DNA of 63,770 nt, counting the filler, from Folioceros fuciformis (taxonomy: Eukaryota): the NCBI GenBank assembly GCA_049999805.1. It is 20 parts of 20 records of this genome, joined end to end, with 100 filler letters (N's around TTAATTAATTAA, not from the genome) between each part and the next. Parts side by side here need not be neighbours in the genome. Positions count along the whole stretch, not along the records: positions 1 to 3,189 come from JBNGIO010002345.1; positions 3,290 to 6,555 come from JBNGIO010002346.1; positions 6,656 to 9,149 come from JBNGIO010002348.1; positions 9,250 to 12,042 come from JBNGIO010002349.1; 16 more parts are not named here. One strand, given 5' to 3'. Under the pieces are notes generated by a model. The model was not told the origin of the DNA. It did not search any database and worked only from the letters and a program-made list of their open reading frames with translations. The translations under genes were made by a program, and so were the position numbers. Positions 1 to 9,397 of the stretch are shown piece after piece. Each line of letters starts with the position of its first letter. The stretch's first letter is position 1.

Positions 1-139
1 TAATATAGATGGAGAAGGGAGCTCAGAATCATAAATGTTGCTTGAATGTAAATTTGAATGAAATATATTATTATCATTATAAAAATATTCAAAGTAAGTA
101 CCCTCAAAGTAAGTGGTCCATACCCAAGGCAAATTCTTA

Positions 140-680
140 TTTCCTTTGCGTTGGAGCTTAAACAGGTCACGGTGATCAGTTGGATAACACTCAATGGGTT
201 CATGCAAGGTGGTGTCCTTCTACAAACAACACAAATTTGCTAAGTTCTTCGTATGAAGTTGGCACCATAGGTTTTTCTAGCCAATATCGCCTTTCAAACC
301 ACAGTGTCCACTTTTCCGCCACCTTGTTGTCCACAAACTACGGTTGCCGGACGTAGGGTCGTTGTGGAGGATTGTTTTGCCCACATCTTGAACACACCCT
401 CGCGTGCCCACTGCTGTGCCGCAGTACCACAACGTCCTCCACCTCCAGAGCAGGCATCTTGCCCTTCTCATGTGGAGCCTCCATCTTTTCAGTATCGCAG
501 TGTCTTTCTAAATCGCTTGCTTGCCGCCTTCACGCTTGGGTGGAGCAACTTGATCGCCTTATAACAGACCTTCTGTTATTCTTGGCGGTTCAAGGTTTGT
601 CTTCCCCAAGCGCTTGCAGCGAATCTCTACCCCGTTACCTGTTTGGACCTTGAAGCGCCACTACCATCTAGTGCATTAGT
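140..680 (-). pseudogene. Possible decayed extra ORF downstream of the gypsy pol
   Basis: Stop-interrupted frame (KMEAPHEKGKMPALEVEDVVVL...CSRC...WTLWFERRYWLEKP) on the same strand as pol. TATA-like TTATAAA near 785-791. Confidence 0.3.
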
Positions 681-939
681 TGCCTCGGTAAAAGTGAAGC
701 CCTATTTCACTGCTTCGCCTTTCATCTACTGACTTCAACTCATCATTCACTAATCATTAATATGAGTTCCTAGCTAATCCTGCTTTATAAGCCTGAAGTT
801 GTCGTTGTTGACAACACAAAAACAGTCAAACACGTTTCACTGATGCACATCCATTGGCCCCGGATTCTCACCTCTGCTCCCGGCAAACTCCCTTCACATC
901 CCAATCTCTTGATCTCATGGTGTGCTATTCAGTTTCGAT

Positions 940-2419
940 TTCCGCGCCAACTACTAGCATTTTGAATAAAACCATTCCCCTTCCGTCACGGCCAGGAGCG
1001 GTAGCTCAACACAAAATATGTGATGTCCTCAATTGCATTTGTCACATACTAGCAGCAGCTCTTCATCGGTTGTTTGACCACACTGTTCACAATGAAAATC
1101 TATCAACGGATTCCAAGCCTGCGGTTGTAGCTTGGTATCCAAGTTGGGTAGATGGCAAGGAGCCAAGTGTTTGAGATGCTCCTTACACCTTTGTTCGTCC
1201 CACGCTTCCAATTCAATTACGCCAGATTCCCCCACATTCACAACTTGTAAAATTAAACGACCAATGCTCATATCAAGAGTGTTGGCAGGCTGGTGCCGCA
1301 AATACACAAAGTCACCCACTTCGAACTTTTGAGCTTTGAGCTTCCACGATCCACCTCTGGTGAAAGCGCATCTCAACTAGTCTCGATGTTGTGCTATGGC
1401 CAGGTTGTCCATCGCCATTCGTAATACCCTACGCAGTGTGTGTGCTCTATTGATCAACTCCTGCAGACATTCTTGAGAGTTTAAAGCCCAGTCCACTGGA
1501 TTGGAGTACAAATGAGCCACAATATTTGGCAGTACTGCATTTCGCCCGAACATGATGAAATATCGATTAAACTTGCTCAGCACTGCCTGAACACTTACCC
1601 TATAGCCCTAGACCACATAGGGCAATAATTCGTCCCAACACTTGGGTTCCGCTTCTCTGCAGTATTTTCTCAACACATTCTTAATTGTCTGGACTAACCT
1701 TTCTGCTAACCCATCTGCTTGTGGATGATCTTGTGAGCTACGACGGTGGCCAATGAGACTCCTGTCAAGCAATGCCTGGAACTCTCCTCTGAACTCATTC
1801 CCTTGCTTAGTCAATATTTCCGCACAACTTTCAAATCGACTCAGAACGCACTGTAAGAACGCCCTGGAGGTATAATGAGAGGTCCTCGCAGGCAAAAACG
1901 CCACCTCCACCCATTTTGAAAAGTGCTCGGTCATCAACATGCACTACTTGTTACCTCAAGCAGTGGTGGGGAGCTCAAGCATAAGATCGACGGACCACCT
2001 ATAGAACAAACCGCGTATGGGAAGTGAATGCAACACAGGATCTTGCCCGCCAAACCTCACTTTCACCTCGTCACAAGCAGCACACTTGGAAACCATTTGT
2101 TCAACGTCATTGTACATGCCTGCCCAGGAAAATGCGGCCTTGAGCATGTGATGAGTCCTTTGACTCCAAAGTGGCCTAGCGTGATGTGTACCTTTGTTAT
2201 AACACCTTCTCTGCTCGCCGATGAAGGCACCTCCTTAGTGACATTTTGGTCAGTGACAAATATCTTGCCGTCTCTCCATGAATATCGACTTATCCGCTTC
2301 AGCAACTTCTTCATGGTGCTTTCTTAGATGCCGTTAAGGTGACCATCTTTTAGTAACTATATGCACTGGCTGCATTTCCATATGTCCTTTCCAGACTCAA
2401 CGAGTTGACTAGGATCCCT
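940..2419 (-). mobile_element. Decayed Ty3/gypsy integrase with C-terminal PHD finger
   Basis: Zinc-binding region (HITLGHFG...CAAC), catalytic core (WSVDL, EHFSKWVE, HPQADGLAERLVQTIK), SH3-like VGDFVY, then CEQC-x-CDKC-x-HIFC-x-WFYSKC. Several stops and frameshifts. Confidence 0.9.
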
Positions 2420-2710
2420 TGTAACACTGATCACCAAGGCTAGGTAGTAACTTGGTGCAAATTTCTTCACAACCTCGTCTTGACGAGCTTCTGTTCTATC
2501 CTCACAACTTACATCGAGGTTCCGACTCAGCCCATCAGCATTGTGATGAGTTCTCCCTGCACGATGTCTATCGAACCTATAACCGTCAACCGGCGTACTG
2601 GTTCACGGGACACGGCCTTATAGGCCTCACACACACATACACATGTATCTTTAATCTAAGCTTCTTCCTCTACACTGTGTGCTACCGATCCTACGCTATG
2701 GTATCAGAGC
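2420..2710 (+). mobile_element. 5' LTR (probably copia) plus tRNA-iMet primer binding site, nested in the gypsy pol
   Basis: TGTAAC begins where gypsy coding similarity ends. TGGTATCAGAGC at 2699-2710. Confidence 0.75.
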
Positions 2711-3189
2711 CACGCTATGGACTCTGCCAAGCCTCCATCACGTGTGTGTAAAATCTGCAAGTCCGAGTGCTGCATCAAAAATCTGGCTCACGAGCACTTT
2801 AGAGTTGTGATAGCATCACTCAGGATCTCACTCACCCGATTTGGAAGTCTGGGAGACGCATTCTTGGCGGACGCCGTCAATCACTACTACTCGTAGTGCA
2901 AATGCGCTCTCTGCTAAGAATTTGAATTAGTCCTAATGGATCCCCACACTCAATTGAGTAGGCTGCAGTTTCTTGCACGTATCACGCGTCCTGATCTGTC
3001 TTTTGCTCTGCACAGCGCAATTCAACACAATCAGTTAAATGTGTCACCTACCCAGAGTGCAATTAATCCACAGGGGTCCAAGTCTGTAGTCACGGCAAAA
3101 AAGAAGTTAGATCAGTAGCACCAGGTCATCTGTGCACATATCCCTGTGTCCTTGCACACACTTGGATACAGGTGTAGATACCCTGGAGC

Positions 3190-3289
3190 NNNNNNNNNNN
3201 NNNNNNNNNNNNNNNNNNNNNNNNNNNNNNNNNTTAATTAATTAANNNNNNNNNNNNNNNNNNNNNNNNNNNNNNNNNNNNNNNNNNNN
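3190..3289. other. Artificial contig spacer (first of 19)
   Basis: 44 N + TTAATTAATTAA (stop in all six frames) + 44 N. The same spacer starts at 6556, 9150, 12043, 13595, 15018, 16930, 19611, 27924, 30679, 34291, 40466, 45403, 48920, 51372, 55120, 57682, 59896 and 61699. Confidence 0.99.
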
Positions 3290-3403
3290 CCGGTGTAAGG
3301 CCTGCCCACAAGAAGCACCTTCGGATCCGAGTCCTGGGTAACCGCAAGCCTTGAAGCGGAGCTCCGGGGCTCGGAGAGCGCGAAGGACACGGCTTCCTGG
3401 GAG

Positions 3404-4969
3404 ATGGCATTGCAGCCCATGGCCTCTCCATCCGGATCCACGGAGGAGCTGGAGAGCGGGCCGGCGACGGCCGGCAACACCATCAAGGACGTCGATCACG
3501 GGCCGCCAACCACGTACCTTCAGCGCCGCCTCAACGTGTTAAACTTCAAGCGGCCCGACCTGGACCTGCTCAGCGAGGTCAGCGGCGCGCTGGGCGATCT
3601 GGGAACGTACGTGCCCATCACGGTGGCGCTCACGCTCTACAACCACATTGACCTGGGCACCACGCTCATCTTCAACGGCTTCTTCAATGTCCTCACAGGC
3701 CTGATGTTCGACGTGCCCATGGCGGTGCAGCCCATGAAGTCCATCGCGGCGGTCGCGCTCAGCACCAACAAGCTCACGGTTAACCAGATCATGGCGGCGG
3801 GCCTCTCCGTCTCCTTCATCCTCGTCTTCCTCGGCCTCTCGGGTCTCATGACCATCGTCAACTGGCTCATCCCACTGTCCGTGGTGCGGGGCATTCAGCT
3901 CACCCAGGGGCTACACTTCACCTTCACCGCCGTCAACTACATCCTCCACACGCAGGACTTCTCCAAGTCTAAGGCAACGGGGCCCAACCGGCCCTGGAAA
4001 GGATGGGATGGCCGGGTTCTGGCCATCTTCGCCTTCTGCTTCGTCGTCATTGTAAGCGGCGTGGGCGGGGAGTTCGGGAAGACAAAAAAGAAGACGAGCA
4101 CGGGCAAGGAGTCGTACGACGAAGAGTCAAACCAGGCCTTCGCATGCGCGGCCGCCAAGTCCAAGCACAGCAGCAGCCTGCCCAGTAGGCTGGCCAGGAA
4201 GGTAGCCGAGCTCAACGCCAAATTCTTCAAGACGGACGAGGAGATGGCGGAGGAGGACGCCCAGGGGAAGGGGCTGGCCACGGTGCCCTCCTGCCTCATC
4301 ATCTTCGTGCTGGGGATCATTCTGGCGTTTGCGCGCTACCCTAGCGTGGGCAGGAGCCTCAAGGCGGGGCCGGCTACCCCCAAGATCACGCACCCTACCG
4401 GCCACGACTGGCGGGAGGGTTTCATCCGGGGAGCTATCCCGCAGCTGCCGCTTTCCGTGCTCAACTCTGTCATCGCCGTGGTGAAGCTCTCGCAGGATCT
4501 CTTCCCTTCGAATCCGGATGTAACCTCTTTGCGCGTCGCCACCTCCGTGGGGATGATGAACATTGTGGGGTGCTGGTTCGGGGCGATGCCAGTCTGCCAC
4601 GGTTGCGGCGGGCTTGCTGGCCAGTACCGGTTTGGCGCTCGCACAGGGCTGTCCGTAGTCATGCTGGGCGCGGGTAAGATGCTTCTGGGCTTGCTGCTTG
4701 GGAGTTCGCTGACCGCGGTGCTGCAGCGCTTCCCCGTCGCGCTGCTGGGGGCGCTGCTGCTGCACGCGGGTATCGAGCTGGCCATGACTGTGCGGGACAT
4801 GAACTCGCGCAAGGACATATTCACCGTTCTCGTCATCACCGCAGTGGGGACACAGTGGAACAATCTCGCTTACGGCGTCCTATGTGGATTGGCCGTGGCT
4901 CTAGTGTTCAAGGCGAGGGCCATCAAGCTCAAGGTTGTGCTGCATCCTCGCAGCAAGCCCGAATCCTGA
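3404..4969 (+). CDS. MOT1: Molybdate transporter, MOT1 family (intronless, 521 aa)
   Basis: Family motifs GDLGTYVPI, PMAVQPMKSIAAVA, PQLPLSVLNSVIAV and MPVCHGCGGLAGQYRFGAR. Many hydrophobic segments; intact, GC3-rich ORF. Confidence 0.95.
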   Translation: MALQPMASPSGSTEELESGPATAGNTIKDVDHGPPTTYLQRRLNVLNFKRPDLDLLSEVSGALGDLGTYVPITVALTLYNHIDLGTTLIFNGFFNVLTGLMFDVPMAVQPMKSIAAVALSTNKLTVNQIMAAGLSVSFILVFLGLSGLMTIVNWLIPLSVVRGIQLTQGLHFTFTAVNYILHTQDFSKSKATGPNRPWKGWDGRVLAIFAFCFVVIVSGVGGEFGKTKKKTSTGKESYDEESNQAFACAAAKSKHSSSLPSRLARKVAELNAKFFKTDEEMAEEDAQGKGLATVPSCLIIFVLGIILAFARYPSVGRSLKAGPATPKITHPTGHDWREGFIRGAIPQLPLSVLNSVIAVVKLSQDLFPSNPDVTSLRVATSVGMMNIVGCWFGAMPVCHGCGGLAGQYRFGARTGLSVVMLGAGKMLLGLLLGSSLTAVLQRFPVALLGALLLHAGIELAMTVRDMNSRKDIFTVLVITAVGTQWNNLAYGVLCGLAVALVFKARAIKLKVVLHPRSKPES

Positions 4970-6655
4970 TCGTCCAAAGCCTTGCTGTGGGCCTGAATGC
5001 CTCCAAAACGCGGCTGGTCTTCGTCCGTTTCCCTATACATATACAGTGTGTGCAAGGGTTTGCTGTTGCAGGTACACACATTTTGAAACGCATGTGTGTG
5101 CCAGTGCTGCTTCACCTCGAAGACTGCCCACCAACTGTTACCGCATAGACTATGTTGTTGCGATCTTTCAATGTATCTACCACCTACTACCATTCTACTT
5201 GTTGCAGTACATTACATAGTGGTGTGAATGCCCGGAAGTATCAGCGTCTATGCTGTACTCCACAATCCACGACACGACACGCAACGCAAGTTTCTTCAAT
5301 TGTTTCGTACTTCCGTTTCCCTCTAGAAACGGAGTTGTCAAATTCTCAGCTTGCCTCGTTTGATTTCTGTACAAGTCACTTGTGCCTGCTTTCTCCAGCC
5401 GGGAAACACCTTTCTACCAGTAGAGACACGTGCTTCTCACTGCATACGTAGCCGTTCCCTTTCACTCGCGGAAGTTTTGCCAAACAGCTGCAGGTGGTCC
5501 AGTCAATTCCGCCTACTCGATCGAAACTGTATCGCATCGTCCCATTTCCATATTCTACGCTTTGCAAGATCCGGGAATGCAGGAGGTACTTCACATCAAG
5601 CTTCTGCTGCAACTGCGAACAGCAAAAAGGCCAGATTTTTTAGCATACCTACCCAATCCAGAAGAGTCTGCTCGGCTGTCGTAGCCCCCAAGCTTAGCTA
5701 TACGCCAAATGGACGCGCTTGTGTAAGAAGGCCGCTGTTAAGCATCACGTTGCGTAGATATTCGATGGGGTGCCTAGAGGCAGTGGATAGGTGGTCCAAG
5801 TGGACTGCAAGCACGCCAGGCATGTCCAAGTTGTTCCGCTTGCCAGAAATCCAAGATACACATTTCCATGTCATACGTCCTCCGTTCCTTTCTCCAAGCC
5901 AGAATCCAAAGAACTTGGACCTGGAGAGGTGGGGAGTCAGCACATTACACGGCGACCAGTGATCACTCTGCCGCAGGAAGGCAAGTTCATTTATGGGTAC
6001 CACTGCAGCGGAGGGGTAATGGAAATGACCGTTGTCCGGATCGATAAAACCTCCTTGCGCTCTACCGACTGCGTCTGCTCTAGGACGGCTTGTCATGTAT
6101 CCATTGCATGAAGCTATATGGGAGCTGAATGATCAATTCAGCGAAAGAGCCACACTCATCACTGCATTGATCAAAGCCCCGCACAGTCGTGGGTCCTGAA
6201 GAAGGAGGACGAAGTTTATTGTAATGCATCTGGGTCTGTCGTTGTCAAATTCTACAAATTCTGTGATATCGGTGACGGCCGTGATTCTGTACTTTTCTGC
6301 CACCAAGCGGAGCTGCAGCGCTTACCGAAAATAACGGCGGTTTGCTGAAGCCTGCCTTCCATGCCTTACAAGGGTTCGACCTTGCGTGTGTACACTCTCC
6401 ATACCTGTCGCAGTTCTCCACTCTGTCTCCAGGCAACAAACAGCCTTGGATCAATTACATGGCCGGCTTCACACTTCTATGTACGCAACCAGGCGTGCTG
6501 GCGTCGCAAAACTTTTGCCTCAGTCACGGCCTAAGACACGAGGACAGGATAATGGNNNNNNNNNNNNNNNNNNNNNNNNNNNNNNNNNNNNNNNNNNNNT
6601 TAATTAATTAANNNNNNNNNNNNNNNNNNNNNNNNNNNNNNNNNNNNNNNNNNNN

Positions 6656-7140
6656 AGAGTGGAAGAACCTGATGTTGTTCTCCTTGAGGAACAATTTGCT
6701 CACAGCCAGCGTGCCGGAAGCCATTGCCAGCTTGACGAAGCTCACCAACTTCACCATCTTCAACAACCTGGTGAGCGGGCCCTTCCTGCCGACCTTCGGC
6801 GCCAGCAGCCCGTTAAAGGACTTTGAGATAGCGTCCAACAACTTCTCCGGGCCCGTGCCCTGGGCCACATGCAACAGCGGCCAGCTAAGCACCTTCGCCA
6901 TCGAGTCCAACGCCTTCTCCGGGCCCTTCCCAGCCTCCTACGCCAACTGTAGCTCCCTCCACGGCCTCCGCATCGACAGCAACTACGTAAGCGGCAGCTT
7001 CCCCAAAGACCTCTGGGGTAGCCCCAGACTGGACTTCATCGACCTGTACAACCATCTCTTGAATGGCAGCATCCTGCCGGAAGCAGGCGCCTCCCCGAGT
7101 CACACCATGCTATTGATCAGCAACAACCGCTTCTCCGGCC
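6656..7140 (+). pseudogene. LRR receptor-like kinase ectodomain fragment (LRR-XI/HAESA-like), truncated by an insertion
   Basis: Plant LRR units (SNNFSGPVP, SNAFSGPFP, NCSSLHGLRIDSNYVSGSFP, LLISNNRFSG). LRR periodicity and high GC end abruptly at about 7140. Confidence 0.85.
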
Positions 7141-7542
7141 CGCCAAAAACAGCTTCCCTCCCGAATGAGGACTCTGATTCGCAGAAACCTATACATCCTT
7201 AATCGCGACCAGGATACACTACCGCTTGAAAATAACGAAAACTTGTTAGATGTTTAGATAAAAGTATTAAGTACAAACTGGTATGATAACTTTTGTATGT
7301 AGCGGCACACAAGTTTCGCTTTCCACTTGCCATTTATGTGACTTTGGTATTGTGCGCCGGTCTACAGGCGCACTTCCGCTTGTTTTAGGCCGATTGACTG
7401 GCAGTCTATCTCGCAACCCTTTTTGGAAAATGCAGATAGATATCGACAGGTGATAATTTTCAAACATAGGGTCACCTGATATGAGGTATAGCTCAAACAC
7501 TTGGCACTTTACATGGAATTGGATAACATGTGAATTACGTGA

Positions 7543-8489
7543 TACCCGCCATATTGCAAAGTTTTGTCATGTATTTGAATGCAATGACACCCACAAATTT
7601 GTTAGTACTTTTGAAAAAATTGATGACTACGTTTATACTCAACACTCTTTTAGGCCACATTTCGGGTTCTCTTGACAAAAATGCATGAAAATGTGGATAT
7701 CTGACACGAGTTTTCAGCGCCAAAATCTCGCGAAGCCCAAAATGGCGGAATACGCGTGTTTGGGTCAGGCAGTGTTGTATTTAACTGTTGGAAGTGCAAT
7801 TCACTCTGAAGCTCAGGACACAAAAAAGCTCCATTATTCGCGAATCAGGGATTCCTTCTTCCCCGAGTTATAAGGCAAGGTGTTGTGGTGAAGAAACATT
7901 TGTTCCACTCGGCAAATTCTCTAGTTATCTCGTCGTATCAAAAGCCCCTTGGTTTAATGGGTATGTTGGTGAATATGTTCTTCGCTGAAGGGGACTTGGT
8001 AGTGGATGCTTGCGTAGGATCTGGGTCATTTCTACAATTTGCGATTCAAAGAGGAAGGCATGTTGTCGCAGTGGATTTTGATATAAGATGTACCACTTAC
8101 ATCATGCAGCGGGTGAATGGCATAGGCTGTTTAGGCCATACTCTGATGAGGAGATCAGCACAGAGCATTTCTTGCACGGGCCCACTAAGTTTTGGGCCAA
8201 AGAAGTCTGCGCGGATGGTAACATGGATCGTCGGATGCAAGTATTCAGTTTGTTGGGAAATCAAGGAGAGATTCTTTCACAATCAGATGACAGACCAGCG
8301 GAAGACCTTTATGATATGACTATATGGAATGAGAATGGAACAATTCCGCCTCAGACTGTGGACAACCCGCATTTCTCTGTTATAGATGTGGAGGGGGATA
8401 ACTTCGGAGACATAGAGGGCCAGCAACTTAAAGACGTAGATGTTGTTGTCGATTCTGAGGCCAATCGAGACGTTCATGTTTTTGTTTAA
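7543..8489 (+). pseudogene. Decayed DNA amino-methyltransferase (N6-adenine/N4-cytosine, beta-class N6_N4_Mtase-like)
   Basis: YQKPLGLMGMLVNMFFAEGDLVVDACVGSGSFLQFAIQRGRHVVAVDFD matches motifs X-I-II (QKPxxL...GDxVLDPFxGSG...GRxxxGxE/D). Candidate motif IV remnant YPPY at 7543-7554 in the same frame. Stops and frameshifts; acidic tail in a shifted frame. Confidence 0.75.
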
Positions 8490-8610
8490 AGGTGATGTTG
8501 AGAGTAGTGGAAGTGGATGGTATAATATGATTATGAACATATTTGACTATGTCATTTTTCAATCCATGGGATGCAGATAGACATTTTCCTATCCTTTGAA
8601 CATAGACTTA

Positions 8611-8632
8611 GTGCACCGGTAGACCGGTGCAC
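8611..8632. repeat. Perfect 10-bp-stem hairpin
   Basis: GTGCACCGGT-AG-ACCGGTGCAC. Confidence 0.9.
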
Positions 8633-8776
8633 CGAAAGTAAGATGAGTAAAACGAGCGTAAGCGAGAGTATACAAACAACTTTCATAAGAAATAATTAGT
8701 TACAATCTCAGTGTCAAAAACATTTAAATACTGTCTATGTGTCTTTTGGCTAGACAACCTTAACCCGATAACCTAA

Positions 8777-9149
8777 TGTGGACTCCACATCCTGAATAGG
8801 TCCTTGGAAAATGGTAGGATTTCTCTTTTTGGGAATCTCTAAGTGAACCCTGTGGTGAAATAGTTAAAAGATTAGGAAAGATTAGTAGCTAGATTAATGG
8901 GGAGGTGAGATGTGTCTTTGAAGGGTTGCTGGAATGATCTGAGAGAAGGGATGGAATGATTTGAGAGAGGAGGGAGAGGGTTGAGAGGCACTGACCATTT
9001 TGGTAGTCTTGAGAGGTTGGTCAATTTTGGTAAGGGCACCCAGTGGTGTCCATGGGACACAACCCCTTTCAGGTCAAAACTAGGTTTGGGTCAAAGTTAG
9101 GGTTAGGTCAGAGTTAGGTTTAGGTCAGAATTAGGGCCGGCTTAGGTCA
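8777..9149 (+). mobile_element. Gypsy LTR 5' end, type D
   Basis: Starts TGTGGACTCCACAT as at 33983 and 44168. TTAGG-like array at about 9078-9149. Confidence 0.8.
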
Positions 9150-9249
9150 NNNNNNNNNNNNNNNNNNNNNNNNNNNNNNNNNNNNNNNNNNNNTTAATTA
9201 ATTAANNNNNNNNNNNNNNNNNNNNNNNNNNNNNNNNNNNNNNNNNNNN

Positions 9250-9361
9250 GTCGCCCCAGGGACTACCTCCCTCTGGACTACTCTTGGTTACCCACCGGGC
9301 TACCCTCCGTTGCTTTTCGAGCTACCTCCGTCGCCTGACGGTCTACCACTCGTGGGTCCCA

Positions 9362-9397
<36 letters not shown>

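Noticed and set aside
3234-3245. Recurrent TTAATTAATTAA palindrome
   Set aside because: Always centred in 100-nt N blocks; an assembly linker, not biology.
8144-8150. CTGATGA hammerhead core (also near 48035)
   Set aside because: No supporting stems or correctly placed GAAA were seen.
3404-8489. Functional cluster of MOT1, LRR-RLK and methylase
   Set aside because: MOT1 is on a different contig; order across spacers is arbitrary.
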